Positions 50,313 through 64,000 of a stretch of 64,000 bases of DNA are shown here, one piece after another. The notes under the pieces are model-generated. The model did no database searches. It was not told where the DNA came from and saw only the letters and a list, made by a program, of their open reading frames with translations. Source of the DNA: Chrysemys picta bellii (lineage: Eukaryota); the NCBI RefSeq assembly GCF_011386835.1, contig NC_088796.1, positions 84,506,001 through 84,570,000 on the forward strand, in the 5' to 3' direction. Within the stretch, counting starts at the first letter, position 1, and every line of letters starts with the position of its first letter. Position numbers and translations under genes: made by a program.

Positions 50313-51286
50313 GTGAAGCTGGAGCTAATTACTAGATCAGTTTGAGCTGGGGGCGCTAACAAGCTAGTTAACCCATTAACTGAAAGAGTAGAATGGCACA
50401 CAGGAAGGAAGTGCAAGGGGAAGGGGCAATGAGAATGGCATAAGGGATAGGAATAGGGCTGGGTAAAAGGGAGATCTCTGTGGCGAGATCTCTTCCCTCT
50501 CTTCTTGCTGGCAAAACGGGGATGAGGTTTGTATGTCACTGTAAACGGAGTTGCTGCATGGACTGTAAAAGAGGTGGTGGTTGAGATAACCCAAATAAGC
50601 TATATGTCAGTGTTTACAAATCAGAGTTGTTACAGTCATTTGAACAAGAAGACAGAAGTGAACAGAGGGCCGCACCCTGTTACACTTACAATATTTTAGT
50701 TGGATCTATGACTACAACTAGCTGATATTACCATTATTCTTATTTTAAAAAGGCTAAAAGTAAGTGACATTAGTAATAACCCAATAGGTGGAAAACCAAT
50801 CCTATGGTATTAAGGGACTAAGTACATTTTAGTGAACTATTTTACAGTGTAAATTAAGGTAATACTTGAGCATGTGATCCTACCAGGTGATGAGAGCTCT
50901 TAACTCCCACTAAAGTTAACTGAAAGTTATTTTCTTCAGAAAACAAGCACACTGCTATTTGATCTTCAAGTCAATTAATGTCAAAGGAGTTCAGTTCCTC
51001 GCAGGTGGCACTCAGCACCTCAGAGGACTGGGCCCTATAAGACCAGATAGAGTGTATGTTTTCCAGAGATCATGACAGTCAGTTTAGGTGATGTATTAAA
51101 TAGCATTTTAAGGAGTGAACAGCAGCTCTGGAAGCCCATGTTAAGCAAACATAATAGTACTGTCTTTCTATAGACATATTATCACAGAATTTGGCATAAG
51201 ATGGGAGTGGGAAAGGACGGAGACATGAAGAATTGGCTTCAAGTTAACAATAAATTTAGAATTTACCAAATTCATAGTAAACTTAC

Positions 51287-51374
51287 TAGGTTGTCTGTCT
51301 GATGGGTTTATCAATTTCATCCCCATTATATCATTGAGTTCTTCTTCCTCATTCATGCCACCAAAGATATAGAG
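51287..51374 (-). CDS. Kelch-repeat exon (88 nt, phase 0-1)
   Basis: ttgttcccag / gtaagt; LYIFGGMNEEEELNDIMGMKLINPSDRQP. Confidence 0.92.
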
Positions 51375-53707
51375 CTGGGAACAATGAAAAAGCAAGTGAC
51401 ATCAATAGCAAACCAAAATAATGACAGGGTTGCATAATCACATTAATGTATCAGTTAATGTTTGCAGAGGCCCTTTAGTATAGTACATTCTGTATTTATG
51501 GTTCCCGGTGCTCATTCCAATTGAATACAGTAAAACTCTTCTTGAAAAAACTGTATAATTCCAATAAATGGAAAATGCCTGACTGTGTCACTGCCTGGGA
51601 TCCCCGCACAGAAGACTCTGACATAATCTGCCTGCCCTGCCCCAGGCGAGGAGAGGAACTGCTCAGCCTGGTCTATGCAGGACCTTACAGAAGTTGCTGC
51701 CTAATTTCCTCTAGAGAAGATGTTTCCAATCTCCCTGCCCCTCTGAAAGAAGTTGAGCAGCTCATCCCAGAGAGTGACTTTATGCTCATTTTGGGACTTC
51801 CAGTAGTTCAGAAGAGAGCCTCCTTAGCTGTTCCCACAGTCCTTGTGTCGACAAGGGAAGAAGACCCACTACCATCTAATCTCATAGAGGAACAGTCCTG
51901 AGTAATTTCTGTTGCTCACTCCAATGCATTGGCAACACTATTGGGTGGAGAGTGTTAAATAAATAAAATAAAATAAAATAAAATACACACGAAAACCCTT
52001 TTTGGTTTATATTTACTGCCTGCAAAAGAAAGTTTAGAGCCCACACTATAGAGCTGTCTAGTTAGCAGCTTCAACAGGGGAGCGCTGCTGGCCTGCAATC
52101 AGTGCCTTCTACTGCAGTCTCTCATGTGGACGGTCCCTCCTTACCTGAGGAGCTGGAGCTCAGAACAACTGACTTCAAAGACTGAGGGCCTGATCCTGCA
52201 CCACTGGAGTCAATGTGAGCTTTGTCATTGATCTCACTGCAAGATCAGGCTCCGAGACCACTCGAGTGCATTCAGGAACCGATACTTAGTGGAACCCCTC
52301 AATGCTAGAGGTGACTGTGTGAGCCACTTTGAGGAAAAGGCTACAATGGACGTGTCATAGAGAAGGTCGATTTGTACCAACACAGCACCAGTGCTGAGTC
52401 CTAGTGCTCAGGGGTCTTGGCCAACTCAGTTTTATGCCTTGAGGGTTTAGTCAGTGATGTGACACACCTTCACAGCCTTGTTTTGGACTTACAGGAGTAC
52501 CCCAGGGGTTTATCAAAGCGTGCTTGGAGTCATTCTGAACATTTCTTAAGTTCTTTGGGTAATATTTGCAAGCACGTCTGTCACCCATGCACGTTGTGGC
52601 TGACTCCAAGATAGATGGCACAAAGATTATCAGTCATCACAGACATCATGTGTTTCATTCACATGAATTGCTACTGTGCAACCTTCCTTCCGTTTTAGAA
52701 GTTACTTCCTGTGAAAAGGAAAAGGGTGCAGGCTCCTCCAGGGAAGCACCCACCATACCTAATAGACAAACTGCTACATTAAGTAATGTCCCAAAGATGT
52801 GGAACAGTGAAGCAAATGCTAAATGCCAAGATGGAAGCCAAGCCAAAATGCAAAATTTGGTGTTAAACCACTGAGAAACACTGGTGGTGAGGTACTGCAG
52901 TAGCACGGAGTCACTAGAAACACAGGCACTGAGGTACAAAGGAAAAAATATCGTTGCACCAAAACAGGCGTTGAGGTGCAAAGACAATGTCAAGCACAAG
53001 AAACCAGGAGTGCCAGAGCTTCAAGCAGGTGCCAGAGTCAGCCACCAGAGCACTGAAAAAAACAACAACTGATGAACAGCTGCAAAAATGTCTTGAAATG
53101 GTCAAAGCAAAGACCTTTGAAATTTAACCACTGAAAAACCAGGTAGAATCTGAGAAAAAGATATCCAGAGATATTGCTGGGATGTGAAGAAGAGCTGGAG
53201 CAACAGCCTTTGTGGTTTAGCTCCTGTGGAGAACTCTTTCACTAATGACAGTCAAAAAGATGCTGAGTGGAATACTTGGAAGTCTGCATTTATACTTGAA
53301 ACAGTGTGGTGAGCGACAACAATCCATAAGACGCCTTGCTCGTACTTCACTCTGCTCCTACTACTGCCCTTAAGTGTGGGAAAAAACCTTGATTTACTGG
53401 ACTTTCTGTACATTGTTTCATGTATTAATAAACTGTTTTTATTTTGTTAAATGCAACTATTTAATTGTTGTAAATTGTGTTTTGAAAAGAATGATTAAAA
53501 TCAACATGGGACTTAATAGAAAATAGAAAACTAAAATGTAGGTCTATACGGTGACTACATATACATTTAAGAACTGAAGAAACAGCTGAGCTGTATGTTG
53601 CCTGAATAAATACAGATTGCAGGTAGGCTCTTTAAATCAGTAAGGATGAAACACAGTTAGTAAAGTTTAGGATGGCAGAATTCTGCTTTAACATTACATT
53701 CACTTAC

Positions 53708-53793
53708 ATGGCTATGAAGAATAAATGCTACATGGTTGTGTCTGCAAGCGGGAGGGATCCCTACATAAAGTGGCATCTTCCATTTCATCTTTG
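53708..53793 (-). CDS. Kelch-repeat exon (86 nt, phase 1-0)
   Basis: ttgtattttacag / gtaagt; (A)KMKWKMPLYVGIPPACRHNHVAFILHSH. Confidence 0.92.
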
Positions 53794-56305
53794 CTGTAAA
53801 ATACAAAAGACAGAAATCAAAAACAGAACATATCTACTGTCAATGCATTGACAGACATGTCTTTGCAGTAAGTTAGGCCCTAGATAGTCTCAGTATTACA
53901 CATGAAGCACTTGCAAGCCTAAGACATTTGTATAATTATAGGACCTGCCAAGTAAAGAACAGCAGTAGTGAAAGCCACAGGGGAAAATGCAAAACAAAGA
54001 ATTCTGGGTAATCCTCTAATGACAAAAAGAAAGCCCTTTCAGACAGGTATCTTTCAGTCTTCCAAAAACTAATGACTGACCTCAGAAAGATCAAAATCAC
54101 TAAAGCCAAACACATTCCAAAAAGAAATGTATACCCAAGTTATTGTCTTAAAATAGATTTACTCAAAATAAGCAGCTAAGAAAAACATTGCAAGGATGGG
54201 AGATGATAGGGAAGTCTATTTGTAATGTCAAGGAGGATAATAATGTTAATGCAGTAAATCTGTTACATTTATATGACTTTTAATCCCAAGTGATCTCAAA
54301 GTGTTTTCCCACTTCCATATACAGGGATCTCTGCCCATCAGTGAAATGCATGAAGCATTGGAGTTCATCTATGGAGTGAACATGGCATCTGTTTAGCTGC
54401 ACACGGTGAACTCAATTCATGCCCTTGTGACAAGGAGGATAGCTCTGCCGCAGAGAGACACACTCCAAGTGTTTGGTAGCTTTAAATTTTCATAATTGCT
54501 ATCTGGCTCTGGACCTCAAGGCAGAGCATGAGTTACAGGTGTTTTGCATCTCAATCCCACTTCCAGGTAGACTTCCTGCCACCAAAGGCTTTGTTCACTG
54601 GAATAAGCTGATAGAAGTCAAAAATATCTCAGGGTTGATTCAAGACCAGCAACTCTAAACAATAATTTATGGCACAAAGGGAGAGCCATCACAAACAGTG
54701 ATGATATGTATTGTCAAGCAAAAAAGATATGTGATGGGAGTGATGATATGTGACAAAGGACACAAAGAACACACAATGTAGAAGTTGCATTATGTGGCAC
54801 TATTTGTGTTGTTACTCTGGTAGATCCAATAGAAAATTATGTATAAAGATTTCACAATATGGGGTTATGCATGTGCCATAAAGCACAGCGAGTGATTCCT
54901 GTCTGATCATGCCCTTTGCCATACTGCATTATAGCCAAGAAGGTAGAACTTCTGAAAATAACTCAGCACCAGCAGATCACAGTTTAGTCTGCTGTACTTA
55001 ATCCATTAAATCATGTGGGTTTTGGAAGGAACTTCCTCCAGCAACTTTGTTAAAATTAATGTGGGTGAATTTTCATGCAAAAATGGCTTTTCAAGTTTTT
55101 GCAGGCTTCAATGCAAATAGTTTTCAGTCACCTGAAATTCTGGGGTGAGAAATCATGGAAAAACAACAAACAACAACAACAAAACCCTGGTTAAAAAAAG
55201 TTGCATTAATTTTCTTGAAAATATTTCCAATAGTTCCCTGCTCCCCCTAATTCTCATCAACAGTGTGGCTCTATAATAAATTACACTCATAAAGTTCCTT
55301 TTTACTTAGTGTCCTGCAGTGATTCACCTTGAAAGAAGACAGAAAAGTTAGCCAATGTATTGTCAGATTTAACTTTTTTTAAATGTCATTGAAACTATTT
55401 AATTTTAAATATAATTGTTTATTTTAAACCAGAAAAGTTGGTTAAAAAAGCTTCTCTGCACAAAAACATGGAAAAACTAAATGACAATGAATTTATAAAC
55501 AGGTGTAACATTTTTCTTCTCTGTTTAAGGAAAACAGTTAGAAAAAATGTGCTAAGCAGTCACTAACTGCAGCCCAACATGAGTATTGTACAACTCCACG
55601 GTATGTCCATTCTTTTTGCATGACCATTGTTTAGAACAACAGGTGAAATCATATTTGAAATCTGACTTTCCTAAAGAATGGCATTTTGCAGCCTTCCCAA
55701 ATCACTATAGGTCACATTGTGAACCTCCTGTTCCTGCTCTTGAGCAGTTACTTCCCTATGTAGTCTCAAGGACTTCTATAGAACCACTTGGGTGAGTAAC
55801 TGCTCACCAAGGGAAGGAAGGGAGAGGTTCAGAGGTTTCCTGCAATCTCTTGTGCAACAAAAAGTGTTGAATTAAAGTGGTTTACAGAGCTTGTCTAGAG
55901 AAACATTGCAACCTAACGTAAGCCATAAAATGCTGTGCAACCTTACATTACAGATTCAAGGCAAATCTGGAAGGTGTGATAACATCTTTAAGGGGATAGA
56001 GAGTGGTGTTAGATTTGGAGCATATATTTGTGTGTATAAATATTATACAACTTTTAATTAAATCTTACACATTTTCAATAAATTGTTAAATTATTGATCA
56101 TATATTGACTACAGAGATGCACTTGTGCATTTGGATGTATTTTTATGTAGCTCCACACATATTTAAAGATGTACTCAGGTTCATTTTATTACAAGACTAT
56201 GCCCTTGTGCAGCCATTTAGCTTTAGGATAGTGCTGGATAGTATCTTGCTCTATTCAGTGATTAAAAAATTGTGCTGACAACCCTCTTTTTGCATTTTTA
56301 CTCAC

Positions 56306-56387
56306 CTAAGCTTAATTTCTTTACATCATTCTTTGTTGTTTTATTACCATCTTTAGATTCATATATTCCTCCAAACAAATAGATATC
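56306..56387 (-). CDS. Kelch-repeat exon (82 nt, phase 0-1)
   Basis: ttcttgccaacag / gtgagt; DIYLFGGIYESKDGNKTTKNDVKKLSL. Confidence 0.92.
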
Positions 56388-57232
56388 CTGTTGGCAAGAA
56401 TTGCAACTGTAATACAATATATGAGACTCTGTTCTCAAAGTATTATCTTATGGAAAGTCTCTTTCCCTGCAATTTAACTGTATGTATCTAGAAAAACAAC
56501 ATGAAAACTCCCCTCTCCTCTCAACACACACATATCACCTATACCACCCCGCAAAAAACAAAAAAAAAGAGAAGCGGGTGAGGTGGGGGAAGAAAACCTA
56601 ATTATTTATTAACTCTTATTACTAAGGAAAGGAGAAGAGTAGACAATGTAATGAAATCCACTGGACTCTCTCTATGTGGAACTAATTTACCTGGATTTAC
56701 TGCTTGGTTATTACACTGATGAGGCTATAGAAAACCTTAAAATAGACAGATTCTTGGGCATTCTGAACATTGTCCATATATTAGTGAATGCAAAAATGCT
56801 TCAGCGTTTGCAAGTAAGAGGTGTTTCAGACTGCAGTGAAAAGGAAGAGAATCAGTACTTTCGCTCATCTTCCAGGTTGTTGGATTCCCAGAAGGTAGCG
56901 CGTATAGTGTGGTTAGACTTTAGAAGAAAAAGATATGGCATTCAGCACTCTTCCAGCAACCTGTGCAGTGTGGCAACAGAGGAAACTATGAGACATAAGC
57001 AAGTCATGCAGGAAGTAATGATATTTTTAAAAGTGAGCATAGTGTTTGCATGAAAGTTATTTGCTATGTTTGACAGTATTGCAAACTGAACCCCTTCATT
57101 TATGCACTACTAAAAAGCACTGGCTGTGCTAGGAATCCCCATTGCTCTGCCACTGGTCCTGAGCTCTGTGCTGGAAAGAATGCTACAAGGATTGTGGAGT
57201 TTGTTCAGCCTCCATGCCCATTCAGTCTAGAG

Positions 57233-57675
57233 CAGTGGTGGGCAACCTGCGGCCCACAGGCCACATGCGGCCCATCAGGGTAATCTGATTGCGGGCTGCG
57301 AGACATTTTGCTGATGTTGACTGTCTGCAGGCACGGCCCCCCACAGCTCCCAGCAGGGCCAGCTCCAGGCACCAGTGCAGCAAGCAGGTGCTTGGGGTGG
57401 CCAACGGAGAGGGGCGCCACGTCCGGCTCTTCGGTGGCAATTCGGCGGTGGGTCCCTCACTCCCTCTTGGAGCGAAGGACCTGACGCCAAATTGCTGCCG
57501 AAGAATGGGGCAGCAAAAATCCTGGAGTCGGCCCTGGCTCCCAGTGGCCACTGGGAGCTGCGGGGGGGGGGCTGCGCCTGCGGATGGTCAATATCAGCAA
57601 TATGTCTTGCAGCCCACATACAGATTACCCTGATGGGCTGCATGTGGCCTGTGGGCCGCAGGTTGCCCATCACTG
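57233..57675. mobile_element. hAT MITE with long TIRs containing a second hAT MITE (57354-57536)
   Basis: Outer TSD GTCTAGAG / ATCTAGAG; inner element CAGGGCC..GGCCCTG with perfect TSD GCTCCCAG. Confidence 0.9.
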
Positions 57676-58399
57676 ATCTAGAGTCTCTCTGATGAGATTG
57701 CCAACTGTAGTGATGGGAACTGGACCAGGGACATTCACTCACTCACACAGACAAAAAAGCTAGAGAGCAATAACATTCAATCACTAGTAATCTGGGCTAA
57801 ATTTGAACAAGCGACCTATACAACAAATGGATCACATTGTGCCAGTGATATTTATGAAGAAATCCCAACTGAAAACTTAGCACTTGCATATGGCTTTACA
57901 TTTGAAAAAATAATATACTCCACTTTCGAGAATTAATGAATATATTCTGACAGCATCTGTGTGGGGTAAGTAAGTATTATTATCCCTGTTTCTAAGATGG
58001 GAATCTGGGGAAGAGATATTAAGATCAACTTTTTCTAAAGCGGGCATTTCTATGGGATGCCTCCGTTTTTTGGTGTTCATTTTGAGACACTTTCAGAAGC
58101 ACAGAGCACCCAAAATTCCATATGAAGTCAATGGGATCTATGGTTGCTTAGCACCTTTGAAAATGAGGCCTCAAATTGAGTAGACAAAAATTAAAGGGCA
58201 GGAGTTCCTGGCTCCTACTCCTGTACTAGACTTCTTGATCATACTGCTGCTCAGAAAAACCTAGAGGTGAATCTCATTACACCTTCTTTAAGAGTATATA
58301 TCTGAGAAGTGTTGAGAAGGAGACATTCCTGCATCTTCCTTCCATATTGGAATTACAGAAAAAATAAACCAGGACAGAAAAATGACATTTGGTCTATAC

Positions 58400-58485
58400 C
58401 TTGTCATGGTGTGCTGTAAATGTGTGATGTGACCTTCCACTGGGTATCTCTCCCTTGATTTCACACTGCTGCCAGGTTAACAAAC
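58400..58485 (-). CDS. Kelch-repeat exon (86 nt, phase 1-0)
   Basis: cttttccaacag / gtatag; (G)LLTWQQCEIKGEIPSGRSHHTFTAHHDK. Confidence 0.92.
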
Positions 58486-60562
58486 CTGTTGGAAAAGAGC
58501 CTCACATAATTATATATTTTCCATTGATTTCCCTTGCTATCTGAAAATCATAAAATTTACATACTACAGCCTTTTAAAGTGCAGCTATAATCCAAAAGCT
58601 GGTTGCAAAGATGGACTTGTGCGGGATCCAGATTTATTTTCTCCCAATTTGTTTAGTTCACCAGCAGAAAACTTGGTGGGACGGCATAGTAAATTGTTGC
58701 AAGAAGTATTACTTGAAAGACTAATAGATCAAAGGAAGTTACAGTTATAGTTCATGGGTTAACAAAACAGAGTGGTGCAAAACCACCAACTATCACTGCT
58801 GAAGAAACAATGTGGGGGGGGGGTAATATTTTTTGCAGGTCAGCTGGAGTGAAACATTTTGAGCTAGATTGTGGCTTTTCAGCCACTGTCCTGAAGAGAA
58901 GGCCATTCAAGTAGCAATGCCTCAGAAGGAGCACTCGGGAGGTTGGCACAATCTTTCCGGTGATGCTCCTTGTACATAAGAGGTGAGCAATCTGCTACCT
59001 TTATGTGCTGACTCCACTCCACAAACTGATGCAGAAGGGGAGTGGGATCACAGCCCTGCCTCCTGCCTCCTCCCTCTGCAGAGCCCTGCTTCCTGGGGGG
59101 AAGTGGAAGGGGTGACCAAGGCTAGGCTGTCTTTGTGCTCCCCAAAGTGCAGGCAGGACAGGGACTGGTCTGTGTGTAACCTTTGCACAGCTGCAGAGAG
59201 GGGTAAATTGTCTTGCTCACCCCTCTGGCTCCATGTAGTTATGCAGGGGCCACATCTGGCCCCATGCAACCATACCGAGGCCACACCCTATTTGCCCCCA
59301 TGCAGTCTCATCTCAAACCTCTGATAAAAATAAAGGCGATTTTTGAGCTGGAAAACTCCCTTTACAGTGAAAAAGCCAAGGTCTCTGCAAAAATGGCCTA
59401 TTTCCATCTGGACATATTAAAATTCAAGTTTGAGTTGGGAGAGGGAAATTTCAATTAACTTATCCTAGAAGACAAACAGTTCAAAAGAGGGGCTTGAGAT
59501 AGTGGCTTATTTCTAATGTCTTTTTTCCTGACTCAGGATAGGTGAAAGAAGCAGTTGTCTCCAGACAAATAACTTAATGACCAGCCCCTCCTAATAATTT
59601 AGGTTGTCCCTGAATCCAGTCTGCAGCTGTAAATACATTAGGTGTATTTTCATGAGGCAATATACAAATGCATGACCAGGCAATACAATTATTTCATATC
59701 AGTTAGCTCATATCCAACCTAGGAAAGAAGATATTTGAAATGAAACAATGAGAAATTTCTAGGAAGTATCTCAATTTACCCTGTGTGGTTCCTCTGAAGA
59801 CAGTAAATGTGGTGGGTGAGGATGGATTTAAGTGGGAAGGATAGAAAAAGGGGTAAATTTTCATCTACACTCCAGCTGTGTGTGCCTGTTTCTATGATGC
59901 TTTTAAGGATTTCTATTTTGCAGGCCTATCAGACTTACGAATAAAGCAAATGTAATTAAATAAACTATGCAACTCTTTCAATGTGCTTTGGCTGGCTTTA
60001 ATTTTCTGTTGTAAATTCACCTTGTCAGTACTATATTTACAAGCTTGTATTTAAGACTGTATTCTTGGCGCATCTCTCAAAGACAGGTAACAAAAATGAT
60101 ACTTCACACAAAGGTCAAAATTTTCTCCCCTCCTCTGTAGGTGCCCACTAACAGAGATGAACCTTGGTAGTTCTGCAGCACAGGGGCCAGGAAGAAACAA
60201 TCCAAGAGCTCACAAAGTAGGTGCAGGCTCTTCTGCATTGTGTGGAGTCCAGTACAGAAGAAGCTCTTGCACAGCTACATGCAGCAGTTCTTTGGAGGTC
60301 TGACTGAAGTCCCTACTGTTGTGCAGATTCTCCAGTCCTTCTATCAATGGAAGGGGCACTAAGGCTGCGGGGCCTAGTCCTGTCCTCAGAATGGAGTATG
60401 GGCTGCAGAGCAATTCTGCACCAACTCTGGATCCTGCTGGGAGGTTAGAAATAGTACCACGGGATCTGTAAGACAGGTTTGTGATACTCCTCTTCTCTTA
60501 TCACACTTTATATATCTATAAAATGTACTAAGAAGGAAATCATCTGCAATTCTAAAAGATAC

Positions 60563-60663
60563 CTGTATCCAATGCATGCACATCAGTGCAGTAAATATTT
60601 TCACCCGAAGAACCGCCAAACATGTATATTACTTGTCCAACTGTTGCAAAAGCATGGCCTGAC
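60563..60663 (-). CDS. Kelch-repeat exon (101 nt, phase 2-1), most 5' exon found
   Basis: ttattcttttcag / gtatct; (R)SGHAFATVGQVIYMFGGSSGENIYCTDVHALDT. Confidence 0.93.
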
Positions 60664-63632
60664 CTGAAAAGAATAAAATAACATTTGAAGCCAACAGTTT
60701 TTCTAACATTCACTAAGTAAGCACAATTACTGAAACCGGAAGAAGCCAGACTGCTATTCATTACAGGTCAGAACAACATAGGGGAAAATATATCCTGTTT
60801 GTTACACTCATAGCAGTAGTGTTACAGCATCTGTGCTTTCCTCCCCTTCTCTGAAGAAGCATTAGCTCTTATTTCCATATAGTAGCTGCACATGTGCTTG
60901 TGTGCATTACATCTATAAACAACTCAACCACTTTTCCTTGTCATTCCAGAGAGGTTCCCTCATCCACCTTTCAATATCTTGGGCTAAATCCCCAGCTCTC
61001 CAGGTGCACTAAAGTGGGGCTCAGTGCATGGAGGTGGGGTGGGTGGCTTAGGTGGTTTTCTCCACCTTTCCAACCCCCTGACCTGAGGGATATCAGGGAG
61101 TGTGCTGGCACAGGGATGGAGTAATCAGCCCTACATGAGTTCCTCTTGCCCCATCCTATGTAAGGGACATTTTGGGAGCAGAGAGGAAGGGGACATGTCA
61201 GGGGCGGGGCAGGGCATGAGGTTCTCAAGTGATCCTTGGGGACTGTTATATGCCAGTAGGATAAAGGTAGATATAAGAAGGCTACAACAAATCCATTGTA
61301 CAAAAGAAATAATCTGGTTAAAAAAGAAAAAAAAAAACCTTATGTTTTCTAATTAAAGCGTAATTAACAAAGACTAGACAGCTGTACATCTGAGAAATCA
61401 TTTCTCCATAGTAACTCTGATACAACAATTCCCTGTCTTAAATTAGTATTATAGAATGAAAACTCCTACACTAAATTATATCCTAAAGGAGAAAAAGAAG
61501 CCTTAAAATCATAGATAGGAGAATTTTGGCAGGAAAGAGTTTTTAGAAATGTCCACATTGACCATATCGATTCCCATTTCTTCCTGATCCAGAGAGGAGA
61601 GAGTTTTTGCAATGAGAAAATGTTTGGCTTTCTCAAAGTCCAAAAAGTTTCCCAAAATGTTAATATAATAGGCTGGACCTACAAGTGCATGTATGAGTAG
61701 CATCATTACAATATCATCCTTTCATCATGAATAAGGATTTGCAGTATTCAAAAGTAATGTAGGGCCAGAGTTTTAAAGGTATATTAAAGGCTTATACATA
61801 CAGATAGATGCCTAGTCGGATTTTAAGAGCACACAGGCACCTAATTTTCATTGAAACCAATAGGAGTTAGGCACCTTTGTAAATCCCACTAAGCATCTAT
61901 CTGCAGCTTTAGATACCTGAATACCTTCAAAAGTCTAGCCTGTAAATATTTTATTAAAATATAAAAGCTACAGGAATCAGTTTAACCCTAAATGTGATCT
62001 GTGAAGTATTTTTTTTTAAATTGGTCTGATGTCCCTTTCTTTATAAAGACTGCCCAGATGCCTTGTTTGTTATTTGCTTTGTTAATACTTGCTTTTCACC
62101 ATAAAAATATAAGGGTTCAGGACTGTCAAGCCTGGGAGGCATAAGGGATGTTTATTGTGATAGAAGAGAGTGCTGGATCTTTTAACAAATGCTCCCTTAA
62201 TTCCAAATGTTAATTTGTCACTGGAATTAAATAGGTGTTACTAAAACACATCCCAAAAAGGTTTTAAATAGTCTAACTAAATCCCTCCCCCACAATTGCA
62301 CTCTTTGGGGTATTGTGATGTCACCATTTCACTAGTTCTCCAGGCATTGTGAAGTCTTTCAGCCCAGGAAAGACCTGCATTGCTAATACAAAGAACAGAC
62401 ATATAATTTTACAAGACTTTTAAGCCTTTTTTATATAGCATAGAGAAAGATACAAACTGGATATAGTTTCCTATGCAGGTCACCAGTGATACACGTAAAT
62501 TCCTGATTTATTAATTTTTAAGATCTCAGGGAAGATCACAAAACCTTTATAAAACTGGGATTTTGTAACTACTAATTTTGATAAAAATTATGGATATGGG
62601 ATTGACTAGAGCACAAATTTTGAGTAACAAGGATATTTGGGGGTTGGAGAATTAGGCCCTGATCTTGCAATTGTTAGCATGTAAGCATCTGCTGCACCTG
62701 TTGTAGGGCCCAACCAATTGCAGAATCGGGGCCTATGAAGGAGCAAAGAAACTGCCATCTGGCACAGTGGGGATTAAAGAAAACCTTTGGGTTCAGCTAG
62801 CCCTGCCCTGCTATACCTGCAGCCAATACCAGGTTTGGAGGGGGTAGAAAAGAAGGGAGGCTGGCTCATTTGGCAGCTGACTGGTGAGATGGCAGGAGCT
62901 ATCTGCTGGCTGAGATGGATCAGTAACCTGCCAGCCAGCACAGCCACTTGAGGCAAGTAAATGTTCCCCTGCCAAGGGGAGTATGCAAATAATCCCTAGA
63001 TGTTGGGCATCTGGACTAGTGGGGCCATGCCCCAAACTAAAGAGACTTGTAGGAAGAAACCCACGGAACACACACTGGGAGGCAGACCCAACTCCTCTGT
63101 TTAGGGGTTGACCTACATAGGGCTCTGGGCTGGGACCCGGTGGAGAGGGAGGGTCTGGGTCCCCCTACCGTCCTCTCTGGCCTTACAGATTGAAAGACCA
63201 GCTACTAGGCCACCTGGCCATAGAAAATCCTATACCAATATAGTTAAACCTGTAACAACTTTTGGGTGTAGACAAGACCATTGCTAAAGAATCCCAATGA
63301 CCTTAATTGAGTCTCCATGTGAAGGTTCACGGTGCTTAGTGCAGAACTGGAGCTCAAAGTTTCTGTGGTGTTAACAAAAGTGACACTGATGACAGGGAAG
63401 AGACACTTAGTGAACAGTCACATAGTCCTGCCAATGCATCTCAATCATAACTTGCAACATTTTGGCTGAGAGGAAAAAGAAACTATTTTAAAGGTACCTT
63501 AATCTATTTACTTTGGCCAGCTTCTTGTTGGCTCATAGTAAAGAGCAGGAGCAGGACGTGGACAGCTGTAAAGGAAGTTCTGAATTGTGGAGCACTGCTT
63601 CGTGGAGGCTTGATCTGCTGCAATTGGAGCGC

Positions 63633-63633
<1 letters not shown>

Positions 63634-63697
<64 letters not shown>
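63634..63697. repeat. (GT)n microsatellite
   Basis: Direct reading. Confidence 0.97.
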
Positions 63698-63699
<2 letters not shown>

Positions 63700-64000
63700 A
63701 CACATTCCTAAGTAGGATGCTACACTCCAAGGCCTTGCAGAACTCCTCTGTGGGAAGCCTATTTAATCAAGCCTTGCCAGGTGCGAAGATTTAAGCCTAT
63801 TTACTAATTCCCCATCCCCTTGTTTTCTTTGCAATGAGTAATTCCATGTCATCAAAATATACAGAGCCAGGGTCAGAATAAATTCTATTTGACAACCAAT
63901 TCTTTGTGCATCTGATATATAAAGCAGAACTTGTGATTTTTAGAGAAAAGCTTTTTTCATGGTAAATGCAAATGTATGAGAAATATTTTATTTTCATGAC

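Noticed and set aside
63508-63730. ORFs with HT/CV repeats
   Set aside because: Translation of the (GT)n microsatellite.
60700-64000. Search for the next upstream kelch exon (must end in phase 2)
   Set aside because: Candidates near 61.7, 62.4, 62.8, 63.5 and 63.9 kb lack kelch motifs or proper donors; the exon is probably outside the window.
1-64000. CRISPR arrays, rRNA or genuine tRNA genes
   Set aside because: None seen; eukaryotic intronic and intergenic DNA, and the only tRNA-like boxes are in a SINE-like repeat.

Overview
Vertebrate genomic DNA; the repeat families (CR1, L2, Vingi, RTE, Neptune-type Penelope, Harbinger and hAT MITEs) point to a turtle (inference). The only host gene I can support is on the minus strand. 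Eleven coding exons between 60663 and 20271 splice with consistent GT-AG phases into 324 codons plus a stop: three C-terminal kelch repeats, a Pro-rich linker and a long coiled-coil tail. The 5' part was not found and probably lies beyond the window. The most unusual structure is in this gene's intron at 29.0-33.8 kb. A young 5'-truncated Penelope element (intact GIY-YIG ORF, terminal hammerhead-like motif, sense to the gene) carries at its 5' junction an apparently identical 451-bp copy of sequence 4.27 kb downstream. That copy includes a whole coding exon with both splice sites, and splicing both twins would create an immediate TGA. Six hammerhead-like Penelope termini of two families are scattered through the window, one of them enclosed by a ~215-bp inverted duplication. 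The rest is transposon debris, solo LTRs and microsatellites. All alignments were done by eye.
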